Of a stretch of 64,000 nucleotides of DNA, positions 53,120 through 63,851 are shown piece by piece. The position numbers were made by a program, and so were the translations under genes. Under the pieces are notes generated by a model, which was not told the DNA's origin, did not search any database, and saw nothing but the letters and a program-made list of their open reading frames with translations. How positions within the stretch are numbered: position 1 is the first letter of the stretch; the number at the start of each line of letters is the position of its first letter. The stretch comes from Epsilonproteobacteria bacterium (ex Lamellibrachia satsuma) (GTDB lineage Bacteria > Campylobacterota > Campylobacteria > Campylobacterales > Sulfurovaceae): assembly GCA_003934925.1 (NCBI GenBank), contig JQIX01000063.1, forward strand, positions 2,030 through 66,029, written 5' to 3'.

Positions 53120-54651
53120 CTTAAATCAACCTTTAACAGACCTTTATAATACTTGCTCTCCTGGTTTTTTTGGATACGTTCAATATCAATTTGATCTATT
53201 TCATCAAAGTGAGTATCTGAAATATATTTAATAAACTCTGTGAACTTCCTGTCATCCGAGCTTACTAAAGAGAGCCATATCGTATCTTCTTTCGTATAAA
53301 GCATATCGACATGAACATCAAATTTATTCAAATCTTCTGCAATTGTATGGAACAATCCTGATTTAAGACGATAATTTACTTTTTTATTATATATAGTGCT
53401 TAATGTTTTCGTTTTTCCTTTATATATTGTAGAAAGTTTAGCAATTTCCTTATCCAATACACCTATTTTTCGCTTCTTCTCACTTAATATCTTCTTATAT
53501 TTTTCAGCTTCCGCAGTTAACTTATTATTTTCTATATTTAATGTGTAGGTTTTGGCATCATTCATATAAGATCCCATTAAATAAGCCAAAGGATAGGCCA
53601 AACCAATAAATGTAGCAGCCAATGTTGCTATGATGAATTGTCCACTTGCACGGTTAACAAATGATGGCGGACGATGGAAGATCGTAAGGTTTGGAATAGC
53701 AGATTCATCTTCCATATAGTCAAATGACGTAAGTAACATCATATATTGTAATTGATCCGTATACCATTCATCTGTATTTACATGATAATCAAAATTCAAA
53801 TCTTTTGACTGTAGCCCTAAATAGTTTTGACTATATTCATCCAACCCTATGATCGGACCTTGTACACTTCCAATAAACATATTACTGATAGTTTCTAATT
53901 CAAATGCTCTTTTAGTATAAATGATGATATCATTGATAACAATAAATATTTCAGCAAAAATTTTCATAAAATTCTGCTGATAATTATTATCTGTTGCTTT
54001 AAGTCCTTCAGATTCCAAAATAGAAAAAAACTCTTCTCTATTGACTTGTTCACCAACTATCTCACAATATTTTTTATATATTTGTTCTAAAGAAAATTCT
54101 ATAGATTTGGAATAAAGATATTCTCCATCTTTATAGAATGTTATAAATGCATCATGCATCGTAAAATATACAAAACAATGTACACCGCTATTATCTAATA
54201 TCTCTTTTTTATATAAGGTTTTATAAAGGAGTGGTGCGGGGACAATCAGATCAATATATTTTGTTTCTTCTTTTATAGGGAGAAAAATACGATCCAAAAC
54301 TTCAGGTTCAACTACAAAGAGATTAAATGTTCTCTCTTCTCCTCCATTTTCAACTTCCATTGTAGAGATAGTGTAGTTCCTGGCTTGATTTAAACTTAAT
54401 TCTTCATATGCTTTTATTTCAAGAATATCAGCAATATCTTCTTGAGGTATATTACGACTAATATTTACTGTAGTAGTAATAATATCTTTATTACCTACAT
54501 ATGAAGTAATAAAATTTGAAGTGTTATAGCTGAGTTTACTTAAAGGTTTAAATGTATCATTCTTTAAGATATAGTTCTTTTCAGCATATGCATTAAGTGT
54601 AATAACATTTTTTATAGCTGATTCTTTTAACGAATTTTTTTTCAAAAACAT
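53116..54651 (-). CDS. PilM/PilN-like protein (tentative)
   Basis: Cytoplasmic N-terminal part, TM, coiled coil; first gene of the pilus operon. Confidence 0.55.
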   Translation of the reverse strand: MFLKKNSLKESAIKNVITLNAYAEKNYILKNDTFKPLSKLSYNTSNFITSYVGNKDIITTTVNISRNIPQEDIADILEIKAYEELSLNQARNYTISTMEVENGGEERTFNLFVVEPEVLDRIFLPIKEETKYIDLIVPAPLLYKTLYKKEILDNSGVHCFVYFTMHDAFITFYKDGEYLYSKSIEFSLEQIYKKYCEIVGEQVNREEFFSILESEGLKATDNNYQQNFMKIFAEIFIVINDIIIYTKRAFELETISNMFIGSVQGPIIGLDEYSQNYLGLQSKDLNFDYHVNTDEWYTDQLQYMMLLTSFDYMEDESAIPNLTIFHRPPSFVNRASGQFIIATLAATFIGLAYPLAYLMGSYMNDAKTYTLNIENNKLTAEAEKYKKILSEKKRKIGVLDKEIAKLSTIYKGKTKTLSTIYNKKVNYRLKSGLFHTIAEDLNKFDVHVDMLYTKEDTIWLSLVSSDDRKFTEFIKYISDTHFDEIDQIDIERIQKNQESKYYKGLLKVDLR

Positions 54652-54740
54652 TCTAAACTTCCTTCCTTCTTTGACAATTATATATGTTATAATATTAAAA
54701 CTATCTTACAAAAATAATTTTTTTATTATTTATCTATAGT

Positions 54741-55628
54741 TTAGATAATATATCCAAATTCTTCCAGGCTTTCCCTATTCTTGCTCCAGCCTTTTTTAAC
54801 GGAAACATGGAGGTCCAGGAATATTTTTTTACCTGAAAAAAATTCCATCTGTTCACGGGCAAGTTTTCCAACACGTTTGATACCTGCACCTTTTTGTCCG
54901 ACGATCATACCCTTTTGTGTCTCTTTCTCTACAACAATAGTTGCGTATACTTTATCGAAAGTATCACTCTCCTCTATCTTATCTATGGTCACATCACTCT
55001 CATAGGGTATCTCATCACTCATATTCTCAAAGATGGATTCACGAATAAGCTCTTTATAAATATCCCGTACGTTCTCTGTTGTAAGTATCTCAGTATCATA
55101 CAAAAAAGGTGAATTTGGCAAATGCTTTGCAATTTCATCGAGCAATTGTTTCTTTCCTACCTTTTTATTGACTGAAAAAGGGATGATCGCTTCAAATTCA
55201 TCTTGATACTTTTGATACTCACTTAGTTTTGCCAGAATATCCCCCTGCTTCACATGGTCTATCTTTGTCAAAACAACAATATGCTTTACACCTTTTGCCT
55301 GCGCTAATTTTAAGAATTTTTCATATTCTGTCAACTTATCGGTTACTGGAGCAAGGAATACAATAAGATCACTGTCTCCCATTGCTTTAAGTGCTTCATC
55401 AAGCATGAACTGATTGAGCAGTCTCTCTTTTTCATGAATACCTGGTGTATCTACAAAAATGATCTGGGCATTATAATGCATCACAATAATATTCATGCGT
55501 TTACGTGTTGCCTGCGCTTTCTTCGATACCATAGCAAGTTTTTCACCTGCCAGATAATTCAGTAAAGTACTCTTCCCCGCATTTGGCCGTCCTACTACAG
55601 CTACAAACCCTGCTTTTGTATCTGTCAT
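54741..55628 (-). CDS. era: GTPase Era
   Basis: GRPNAGKSTL, DTPGIH, TKID, EIPY, KH-like VGQKGAGIK. Confidence 0.96.
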   Translation of the reverse strand: MTDTKAGFVAVVGRPNAGKSTLLNYLAGEKLAMVSKKAQATRKRMNIIVMHYNAQIIFVDTPGIHEKERLLNQFMLDEALKAMGDSDLIVFLAPVTDKLTEYEKFLKLAQAKGVKHIVVLTKIDHVKQGDILAKLSEYQKYQDEFEAIIPFSVNKKVGKKQLLDEIAKHLPNSPFLYDTEILTTENVRDIYKELIRESIFENMSDEIPYESDVTIDKIEESDTFDKVYATIVVEKETQKGMIVGQKGAGIKRVGKLAREQMEFFSGKKIFLDLHVSVKKGWSKNRESLEEFGYII

Positions 55629-55669
55629 TCCTTTATTAAACATAACGCTCCAATTTCCAATTCCTGATT

Positions 55670-56998
55670 TTACAATATGTATCTTGTCGTATCTTCGTCT
55701 TCAACCACTGTACTTATCTTCTTTTCTACAAGTACTTTATCAATAGTCACTTTTTCACCGCTATATTCATCTGCAGAGAAGCTGATCTCTTCAAGTATCT
55801 TCTCCATCACCGTGTGTAAACGCCTTGCCCCTATATCTTCTGTTTTTTCATTCGCCAAAAGTGCATAGTGGGCTATGGCATGCAGTGCATCTTCATCGAA
55901 CAGCAATTCGACATCTTCAACCTTCATCAGTGCCTGATACTGCTTGATAAGCGAATTCTTCGGTTCGGTCAGAATACGATACAGTATTTCTTCATCCAAA
56001 TTGTCCAACTCGACACGTAAGGGGAATCGTCCTTGAAGCTCGGGAATAAGATCACTGGGCTTACTCAGGTGAAATGCTCCGGCTGCAATGAAGAGTATAT
56101 GATCTGTCTTTACCATACCCAACTTAGTGGGAACAGTAGACCCCTCTACTATGGGAAGCAGGTCTCTTTGTACTCCTTCTTTACTAGGATCCTGCCTGCT
56201 CTGTGCACTGGCAGAAACAGCGATCTTGTCCACCTCATCAAGAAAGACGATACCCCCTTTCTCCACTTTTTCAAGTGCAAGTGATTTGAGTTGCTCTTCA
56301 TCAAGCAATGCTTCACTTGCCTCTTGTGCCAAGATCTTTTTCGCATCTTTTACAGTAACCTCTTTTTCAGGTCCTTTTTTGCCCATACCTCCCAAAACTT
56401 TTACTATGGACTCCTGCACCTGTATCATTTGAGGCGGAAGTCCGTCTTCCGGAAGGTTGGCATTGTTCGGCATCGTGATCTTTATCTTAAGATGATCCAA
56501 TTCACCTTTGGAAAACTTTTCTTGCATACGTGAAAATGAAGCATCATACTCTGCCTGCTTCTGTTCACTTGCTCCTGCAGGTAGAGGAGGAAGAAGCTTT
56601 TCAATGATCTTGTTCTCTATATAGTTCTCTATCTTCTCTTTATTTTTTTCATTTTCTGCTTCACGTACGATACCCATAGAAGTTGCGGCCAGGTCACGTA
56701 TCATGGATTCTACATCGCGGCCCACAAAACCCACTTCTGTATATTTACTCGCCTCCACTTTGATAAAAGGAAGGTTCATCATTTTCGCAAGTCTTCTGGC
56801 TATCTCTGTTTTACCTACTCCCGTACTTCCTATCATCAAAATATTTTTAGGTGTTACATCCTGCTGCATCTCTTCACTTAACTGCATCCGTCTATAACGG
56901 TTTCTCAATGCTACGGCAATAGTTTTTTTGGCATCATTCTGTCCTATGACATATTTATCTAAATGAGCTACAATCTCTTTAGGTGTCAAGTTATCCAA
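55670..56998 (-). CDS. hslU: ATP-dependent protease ATPase subunit
   Basis: PKNILMIGSTGVGKTEIARR, GVQRDLLP, ELQGRFP, IGARRLH. Confidence 0.97.
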   Translation of the reverse strand: MDNLTPKEIVAHLDKYVIGQNDAKKTIAVALRNRYRRMQLSEEMQQDVTPKNILMIGSTGVGKTEIARRLAKMMNLPFIKVEASKYTEVGFVGRDVESMIRDLAATSMGIVREAENEKNKEKIENYIENKIIEKLLPPLPAGASEQKQAEYDASFSRMQEKFSKGELDHLKIKITMPNNANLPEDGLPPQMIQVQESIVKVLGGMGKKGPEKEVTVKDAKKILAQEASEALLDEEQLKSLALEKVEKGGIVFLDEVDKIAVSASAQSRQDPSKEGVQRDLLPIVEGSTVPTKLGMVKTDHILFIAAGAFHLSKPSDLIPELQGRFPLRVELDNLDEEILYRILTEPKNSLIKQYQALMKVEDVELLFDEDALHAIAHYALLANEKTEDIGARRLHTVMEKILEEISFSADEYSGEKVTIDKVLVEKKISTVVEDEDTTRYIL

Positions 56999-57007
56999 TA
57001 TATTTCC

Positions 57008-57538
57008 TTATAATTCTAATATTTTTATATTTTTATTCGTATAGATACAAAGGTCACCTGCGACTTCAAGTGACTCCTGTACAAGTTCTCTAGCTTCAAG
57101 ATTTGCATGCTTGTCTAAAGCTCTGGCAGCTGAGATCGCATAGTTGCCTCCAGAACCTATAGCTGCTATTTTTCCATCCTGTGGTTCTACGACATCACCT
57201 GTCCCGGAAAGAATAAAAATATGCTCTTTGTTCAGCACGATCATCATCGCTTCAAGCTGGCGCAGATGCTTGTCTTTTCTCCATATTTTAGAAAAACCTA
57301 TAACAGACTTGAAAAGATCCCCTCTTTTCTCGGCCAATATACCTTCGAACATATCAAAAAGGTTGAATGCATCAGCAGTACTTCCGGCAAATCCCGCCAG
57401 GATCTTCCCTTCGTAAAGCGTTCGGATCTTTGTGGCATTGCTTTTAAGCACTGTATCTCCGAAAGTTACCTGGCCGTCACCACCTATAACTGCTTTACCA
57501 TCCGCTTTGTACCCCAGTATCGTAGTTGCATCAAACAT
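57008..57538 (-). CDS. hslV: ATP-dependent protease peptidase subunit
   Basis: [27 protein letters not shown]. Confidence 0.97.
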   Translation of the reverse strand: MFDATTILGYKADGKAVIGGDGQVTFGDTVLKSNATKIRTLYEGKILAGFAGSTADAFNLFDMFEGILAEKRGDLFKSVIGFSKIWRKDKHLRQLEAMMIVLNKEHIFILSGTGDVVEPQDGKIAAIGSGGNYAISAARALDKHANLEARELVQESLEVAGDLCIYTNKNIKILEL

Positions 57539-57540
57539 AA

Positions 57541-57984
57541 CTATACACCTACGATCTCAACTTTAAGCGCCGCATGGATACCATGCCCGAGTTTTGCATC
57601 TACTTCATGCATCCCTGTAGATTTGAGTGCTTTTTTGAGGTTGATATGTTTTTTATCCAACTCAATGTTCAACTGATCCAGGATAGCAGCAGAAATATCT
57701 GCATTTCCCACTGAACCTTTGATACCTACCGGTGCCAATGGCTTTTCTATTTTGATAGTTGCAGCTTCCAGCGTGATCTTCTCTGATTCGAGCTTTTCCA
57801 ACTCATTTTTAAGCTCCTGTGCCATGTGTTCCTGTTCTTCTTTCCAGTTCTCTATAACCTCAGCTGTCGCCAGCTTTGCCAAACCTTTATTGATAAGAAA
57901 GTTTTGTCCATATCCATCTTTTACCTCTTTTATCTCACCTGCTTGTCCCAGTGTTTTTACATCTTTGATCAATAGTACTTTCAT
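57541..57984 (-). CDS. rplI: 50S ribosomal protein L9
   Basis: [13 protein letters not shown]...[10 protein letters not shown]. Confidence 0.96.
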   Translation of the reverse strand: MKVLLIKDVKTLGQAGEIKEVKDGYGQNFLINKGLAKLATAEVIENWKEEQEHMAQELKNELEKLESEKITLEAATIKIEKPLAPVGIKGSVGNADISAAILDQLNIELDKKHINLKKALKSTGMHEVDAKLGHGIHAALKVEIVGV

Positions 57985-58018
57985 TTTACTTATTCCTTGT
58001 ATTATGTCGTTATGATTT

Positions 58019-58057
58019 GGGCACCTCTAATAGCCCTAAATACTCATAATGGGTTTT
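58019..58057. mobile_element. Isolated left end of the 15330 MITE family
   Basis: 37/39 identical to 15330-15368; no matching right end seen nearby. Confidence 0.85.
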
Positions 58058-58184
58058 TAGAAGTGACCATTTATAATTGCTTATATTTTATCTAAACTTT
58101 AATTAACAAATGCGTATATCAAATCAGTATCATAATAACTTAAATCCGATAAAATAGTAAGAATATTATATACAAGAGAATACT

Positions 58185-58478
58185 ATGCTTATAGATAAAT
58201 TATATACTATTGAATTCAAAGATGATACAAAGGCTATAGTAAAATTAAGCAATAAGAATCATCCTATTTTCAAGGCCCACTTCCCAGATCATCCCATATT
58301 GCCGGGATTTGTACATTTTGAGGTTATCGCGGATGCTTTTAATCTTCACATAAGCACTATAAAAAAAGCCAAATTCTTAAAAACCGCACTACCGGAGCAA
58401 ACTTTAATTTATACAAAAGACAATAATAAATTCAGTGTTGTATCTGAGAACGAAGAGATAGCAAGTTTTAGCATATGA
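58185..58478 (+). CDS. Short hotdog-fold dehydratase (FabZ/ApeI-like)
   Basis: HPIFKAHFPDHPILPGFV, KAKFL. Confidence 0.8.
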   Translation: MLIDKLYTIEFKDDTKAIVKLSNKNHPIFKAHFPDHPILPGFVHFEVIADAFNLHISTIKKAKFLKTALPEQTLIYTKDNNKFSVVSENEEIASFSI

Positions 58479-59161
58479 AACCATGTGTCGTTGTTCCCGT
58501 CTATAATTCTCCTTATATCCTAGAAGTGATAGAAGATCTTTTAACGTATGATTATCAAATAATCGTTGTTGATGATGGTTCAGATATACAAGTAGAGATA
58601 AGCCATCCTGACATTGAACTGCTAATACACCCTGTAAATATGGGGAAAGGTGAGGCGATACTCACCGGAGCTAAAAAAGCCAAAGCATTGGGGTATGAGA
58701 GTTTTGTGACCATCGATGCAGATAAACAGCATTTAAGTTCTGAGATCGTTAAACTGCTTAATGCCTATCAGCCAAATACAATTGTCATAGGCAATCGGAA
58801 TTTTGAGCATGAACATATACCGGACAGTTCAAAATTCGGACGTAAATTCAGTAACTTCTGGGTCATGCTTGAAACTTTTCAAAAATTGGGTGATACGCAA
58901 AGCGGTTTCCGAATGTATCCCATCTCAATACTGGACCTAAATATCAAAAACAGACGCTTTGATTTTGAAATAGAGGTATTGGCACTACATGCCTATAAAA
59001 AAAGGGAAATTATTGATGTTGAAGTAGAGTGTTATTATCCACCAGAAGATGAGAGAGTATCTCATTTTGATAAGCTAAAAGATAATATGCGTCTCTCTTT
59101 GTTACATTCAAAACTCATTACACAAAGATTTCTTCTTCTTAGAGGGTTTTTATGGCATTGA
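58475..59161 (+). CDS. Glycosyltransferase family 2
   Basis: VVPVYN, VVDDGSD, NMGKGEA, TIDADKQH, DTQSGFRMYP, FDFEIEVL. Confidence 0.9.
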   Translation: MKPCVVVPVYNSPYILEVIEDLLTYDYQIIVVDDGSDIQVEISHPDIELLIHPVNMGKGEAILTGAKKAKALGYESFVTIDADKQHLSSEIVKLLNAYQPNTIVIGNRNFEHEHIPDSSKFGRKFSNFWVMLETFQKLGDTQSGFRMYPISILDLNIKNRRFDFEIEVLALHAYKKREIIDVEVECYYPPEDERVSHFDKLKDNMRLSLLHSKLITQRFLLLRGFLWH

Positions 59162-59204
59162 ATTATGCTACAATCGCATAAATTAAATAACGGATAAATA
59201 ACAT

Positions 59205-61154
59205 ATGTTTCAAAAATTCAAAATAAATAATTTAGAACAATTCCCCCAAGAATTAGAAAAATTGTTGGACCATCAGCGTACTGTGATCAATAACATTACA
59301 ACCTCAAGTGATACTAGCTATGAAAAAGTTCTCAAACCTCTTCAGGATCTGGATGAAGAGTTGGGGCTTTTCTTTACCCCTCTTTCTCATCTCAACTCAG
59401 TGATGAACTCCGATGAGACACAAAAAGCCTATGAAGCATCTATTCCTTTACTTTCCAAGTTCCACTCGGAGATAGCACAGAATGAGGCCCTGTTTAAAAA
59501 AATAGAACTGATCAAAACAACGGATGAAGAGGCAAAGACCGTTGTAGCCCATGATGTTAGAGACTTTATACTCTCCGGAGCAAAACTCCCTAAAGCCAAA
59601 AAGAAAAGAATGGAAGAGATCTCTCTCAAATTAAGTGAACTCTCCAATAATTTCTCTCAAAATCTACTTGATTCAACCAATGCCTATGAACTCATCATCA
59701 CAAATGAAAAAGATGTAGAGGGAATGCCTCAGTCTGACATCGATGCTGCAAAAGAAGAGGTAGAAGGGAAAACCGTTTATAAATTCACACTGCAGATCCC
59801 AAGCTATTTAGCCTACATGACCTACGGGCCGAATCGCAAATACAGACAGGCGATTTCAAAAGCCTACAGCACCAGAGCACCCCAGAATGCGCAGGTGATT
59901 GATCAGCTCCTTTCACTCAAACAGGAAAAAGCCAAACTGCTTGGTTTTGAAAATTATGCACAATACGCCCTGGAGACCAGAGATGCAAGTACACAAGAGG
60001 AAGTCATAGGTTTTCTGGACGACTTATCCGATGCTGCCTTGCCTCAAGCCAAAGTTGAACTTGAGGAGCTCAAACGGTTCGCAAAAAAAGTAGACGATAT
60101 TGATGATCTTGCAACACATGATGTGGCATATTACTCCGAAAAACTCAAAAAAGAAAAATTTGATTTTGATGATACCATGACAAAACCTTACTTTGAACAG
60201 AGTAAGGTCCTGGAAGGATTGTTGAAGATCGTGTCTGAACTCTTTGCTGTTACATTCAAACCGGTAGATGTTCCTACATGGCATGCATGTGTCAAACCTT
60301 TTGATATCTTTGAGAATGGTACATTAAGCGGTCGTATCTACTTTGATCTTGAAGCACGCAAAGAAAAGCGTGGCGGTGCATGGATGAATGACTGGGAAAC
60401 ACACTTTGTAGACAGCAAAGGGAAAACTCACCTTGCTTCGGCATTCATTGTTTGTAACTTCTCACCAAAAACAGAGACAAGCCCGTCACTCTTACGCCAT
60501 GATGATGTTGTTACGCTCTTCCATGAAATGGGCCATGCGATCCACCACCTCTTTGGAAAATGCCATGAACGTTCAGTTTCAGGTATCAACGGTGTAGCCT
60601 GGGATGTAGTGGAATTCCCTTCTCAGTTTTTGGAAAACTTTGCTTATGAAGCTGCTATATTAAAAAGGTTCGGCTTCCATTATGAAACAGGTGCACCTAT
60701 CTCAAATGAACTGATGTCAAAAATAAAAGAGACCAAGAACTTCCAGGCAGCACTTGGTATTTTAAGACAGGTAGAATTTTCACTATTTGACTTTAAACTG
60801 CACCAAAAGCTTTATCAGGGTAAAGAGGTACAAACTCTGTTAGACAGTATAAGAGAGAAAACTTCACTGCTCAAACCTCCAAGCTACAACAAGTTCCAAC
60901 ATGGATTTGCACACATTTTTGCAGGAGGCTATGCAGCAGGATACTACAGTTACAAATGGGCTGAAGTACTCAGTGCTGATGCATTCTTTACCTGTTTGGA
61001 TGCAAAAAACGGATTTAACAAAAAGATGGCAAAAGGATATAAAGAGTATATACTTGCCAAGGGTGGAGCAAAAGAGATGAGTGAACTCTATCAGGAATGG
61101 CTCGGACGAAAAGCAAATGTAAAAAGTCTTATCAAGCTTTATGAAATAGCTTAA
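59205..61154 (+). CDS. prlC: M3 metallopeptidase (oligopeptidase A)
   Basis: KRGGAWM, TLFHEMGH (HExxH), VEFPSQF, YAAGYYSYKWAEVL. Confidence 0.93.
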   Translation: MFQKFKINNLEQFPQELEKLLDHQRTVINNITTSSDTSYEKVLKPLQDLDEELGLFFTPLSHLNSVMNSDETQKAYEASIPLLSKFHSEIAQNEALFKKIELIKTTDEEAKTVVAHDVRDFILSGAKLPKAKKKRMEEISLKLSELSNNFSQNLLDSTNAYELIITNEKDVEGMPQSDIDAAKEEVEGKTVYKFTLQIPSYLAYMTYGPNRKYRQAISKAYSTRAPQNAQVIDQLLSLKQEKAKLLGFENYAQYALETRDASTQEEVIGFLDDLSDAALPQAKVELEELKRFAKKVDDIDDLATHDVAYYSEKLKKEKFDFDDTMTKPYFEQSKVLEGLLKIVSELFAVTFKPVDVPTWHACVKPFDIFENGTLSGRIYFDLEARKEKRGGAWMNDWETHFVDSKGKTHLASAFIVCNFSPKTETSPSLLRHDDVVTLFHEMGHAIHHLFGKCHERSVSGINGVAWDVVEFPSQFLENFAYEAAILKRFGFHYETGAPISNELMSKIKETKNFQAALGILRQVEFSLFDFKLHQKLYQGKEVQTLLDSIREKTSLLKPPSYNKFQHGFAHIFAGGYAAGYYSYKWAEVLSADAFFTCLDAKNGFNKKMAKGYKEYILAKGGAKEMSELYQEWLGRKANVKSLIKLYEIA

Positions 61155-61185
61155 TGGTAAGGTACAATACCCTACGGAGGAAATC

Positions 61186-61701
61186 ATGAGAGAGTATCGT
61201 TCTCTTACTTTTATTATCATTGCTATTTTTATTATTACTTTAGCAGGGGCATATTTTAGCCCAAGCTTTGAAGAACAGAGAAATTGGCTTGAACTTTTTT
61301 TGCTTTTTGGAAGTCTGCTTTTCATATTTTCGGTACTGGTCATATTCGCTGCTATCGGCTTCTCTTCTTTTTCTCTCTATCTTGCATTGATACTTGCTGC
61401 GGTTATGGGGATGTATGGTATAGAGGGGGCTTCACTTGTCGCAGGTTTGACCTACATTACTTGGGGCTCTATCTTTGCTATGGAAGTATTACTTTTTTAC
61501 AATGGCCTGAAAAGTGCAAAAGAGTGGTTTCAAAAACGATATACATTCAAATCATTTAAATCAGAATATTATGCTTTTTACCCTATGCTGGGAATAGCTT
61601 ATATTTTCTTGGAATGGATACCCAGTATTTTTTACAAAGAGAGTTTTTTGAAGTTCTCACCTTCCAAAGTTTTGAAAATGATGGAAGAGATCTTAAATTG
61701 A
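61186..61701 (+). CDS. Hypothetical membrane protein
   Basis: Several hydrophobic segments; GGAGG RBS. Confidence 0.75.
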   Translation: MREYRSLTFIIIAIFIITLAGAYFSPSFEEQRNWLELFLLFGSLLFIFSVLVIFAAIGFSSFSLYLALILAAVMGMYGIEGASLVAGLTYITWGSIFAMEVLLFYNGLKSAKEWFQKRYTFKSFKSEYYAFYPMLGIAYIFLEWIPSIFYKESFLKFSPSKVLKMMEEILN

Positions 61702-61741
61702 TGTTGATTTTGTCGGGGTAAGGATACCCCGGCCTACAGTA

Positions 61742-63082
61742 CTATTTTTTATCTGCTTTTTTGCCAAATCCAAAGAAACGTTTGATACGCTCACAGATCG
61801 TGACAGAACCTGTTTCGATCCTACATACTTCTGTCTCTTCAAAGTCACCCACAAGTGCTTTGATCCGTTCAGGCTGCTTGGTACCTTCAATGATGAATCT
61901 AAGGGCATTCAGTCTGATGAAACCTTCCGCATCTGCCTGATTATATACTTCATCTTCTTCAAATGTTGAGTGTTCTTCAGAGTAAAGAGACTCTTCAGAT
62001 TTTCTACCTACGACGATCACATTTCCTTTATAAAGTTTCAGTTTAACTTCACCGTTCACTGTCTCCTGCGTTGCATCGATAGCTGCCTGCATCATCTTAC
62101 GCTCCGGAGACCACCAGAAACCGTTATAGATGAGTTTTGCATATTTTGGCATCATCTCATCTTTAAGGTGTGCTTCTTCTCTGTCAAGCGTGATGGATTC
62201 AATAGCCCTGTGTGCCTTAAGCATGATCGTTCCACCCGGTGTCTCATAGCATCCGCGCGCTTTCATACCTACATAACGGTTCTCTACGATATCAATACGC
62301 CCGATACCATGCTTGTTACCATAGTCATTGAGTGTTTTAAGCAATGTTGCCGGGCTCATCTCTTCACCATTGATGGCATACGGGTCACCATGCTTGTAAC
62401 TGATCGTAATGTATTCTGCTTCATCCGGTGCTTTTTCAGGAGAGTTCGTCCATAACCACATGCTCTCTTCCGGCTCTGCGTTCGGATCTTCAAGTATCTG
62501 CCCTTCATAAGAGATATGAAGCAGATTTGCATCCATGGAGTATGGAGATTTCTTCCCTTTTTTATCTATCTCGATACCATGTACTTCAGCATAACGAAGC
62601 AGCTTCTCCCGAGAGTTCAGATCCCATTCTCTCCACGGAGCGATAACTGCTATTTCTGGATCAAGGGCAAGGTAACCAAGCTCAAAACGCACCTGGTCAT
62701 TCCCCTTACCTGTTGCTCCGTGAGAGACTGCATCTGCACCTGTTTCATGTGCGATCTCGATCTGCTTTTTGGAGATAAGCGGACGTGCGATCGAAGTCCC
62801 AAGCAAATATTCACCCTCATAGATAGCATTTGCTCTGAACATAGGGAATACAAAGTCTTTTACAAATTCTTCTCTAAGATCCAAGATGAAAATATTCTCA
62901 GGTTTGATCCCAAAATCCAATGCCTTTTGACGTGCAGGCTCTACTTCTTCACCCTGTCCCAGATCAGCTGTAAATGTCACTACCTCACAGTCATATTCAT
63001 CTTGTAGCCATTTTAAAATAATACTCGTATCAAGCCCACCGGAATAAGCCAATACTGCTTTTTTAATCTTTCTTTTTGCCAT
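61742..63082 (-). CDS. argG: Argininosuccinate synthase with C-terminal extension
   Basis: [39 protein letters not shown]. Confidence 0.97.
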   Translation of the reverse strand: MAKRKIKKAVLAYSGGLDTSIILKWLQDEYDCEVVTFTADLGQGEEVEPARQKALDFGIKPENIFILDLREEFVKDFVFPMFRANAIYEGEYLLGTSIARPLISKKQIEIAHETGADAVSHGATGKGNDQVRFELGYLALDPEIAVIAPWREWDLNSREKLLRYAEVHGIEIDKKGKKSPYSMDANLLHISYEGQILEDPNAEPEESMWLWTNSPEKAPDEAEYITISYKHGDPYAINGEEMSPATLLKTLNDYGNKHGIGRIDIVENRYVGMKARGCYETPGGTIMLKAHRAIESITLDREEAHLKDEMMPKYAKLIYNGFWWSPERKMMQAAIDATQETVNGEVKLKLYKGNVIVVGRKSEESLYSEEHSTFEEDEVYNQADAEGFIRLNALRFIIEGTKQPERIKALVGDFEETEVCRIETGSVTICERIKRFFGFGKKADKK

Positions 63083-63135
63083 TTTTTAAGCCTTAAAATA
63101 ATATGGCGCGATTTTAACATAATGTTGGTTAAGGA

Positions 63136-63474
63136 CTACTCAAACCCATACTTCTTTAAAATAATATCTACTACAGCTTTCTTGTATGCCCCGATATGGC
63201 GAAAAACTTCATTCCCTTCTGCATCAAAAAATATCTGTACAGGCATCTCTTTAAGTTTATAGATATCACGGCTGACAATGCGCTCTTTTTGTCCATCTAT
63301 AGAATAGATCTGAAATCCAGGATGTTCCTGCAATACTTCTGTAAATACCTTGGACATAGCCAAACAGCTGTAACAATGACTCATGCCAAAAGCTAAAATA
63401 GTGGGTTTTCCGTTACCTATATTATGTTTAATATTTGCGTAATTACTTACTGTCAGTGGTTTTTTTTCAAACAT
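63136..63474 (-). CDS. Thioredoxin-family protein
   Basis: FGMSHCYSC (CxxC), MPVQIFFD...VFRHIG. Confidence 0.82.
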   Translation of the reverse strand: MFEKKPLTVSNYANIKHNIGNGKPTILAFGMSHCYSCLAMSKVFTEVLQEHPGFQIYSIDGQKERIVSRDIYKLKEMPVQIFFDAEGNEVFRHIGAYKKAVVDIILKKYGFE

Positions 63475-63478
63475 GATT

Positions 63479-63835
63479 TTACCGAAGAGTAATGGTGAAA
63501 GAGCCTGTCATTATGATAATATCATTATCATAAATAGTAAAGGAGAGAGACCGCAGATCATCTAGTTTGTAATCCAAATGTATATTTACTTGATATGTTG
63601 TTACTTGAGGTTCGTGTAAGAGTTTTATATTTTTAAGGGTAACAAGAAAGCCTACCCGACCATTGATCTCATCGTTAAGAATACCTGATGAACTTTGTGT
63701 GGCAGCTTCTATAAGCATACCAAATGTAGGGATTTCATTAAACCCTATTTCTACCAGAGCATCCTCCAGTGTTGCTGAGATCCGCTCTTTAACAAATCTA
63801 AGAGGGGCAACATGAGGAATAGCAAAATCTGACAT
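63479..63835 (-). CDS. Hotdog-fold dehydratase-like protein (ApeP-like)
   Basis: IPHVAPLRFV, IEAATQ, GFLVTLKN; directly after an ACP gene. Confidence 0.7.
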   Translation of the reverse strand: MSDFAIPHVAPLRFVKERISATLEDALVEIGFNEIPTFGMLIEAATQSSSGILNDEINGRVGFLVTLKNIKLLHEPQVTTYQVNIHLDYKLDDLRSLSFTIYDNDIIIMTGSFTITLR

Positions 63836-63851
63836 TATTTTAATTTATAGA

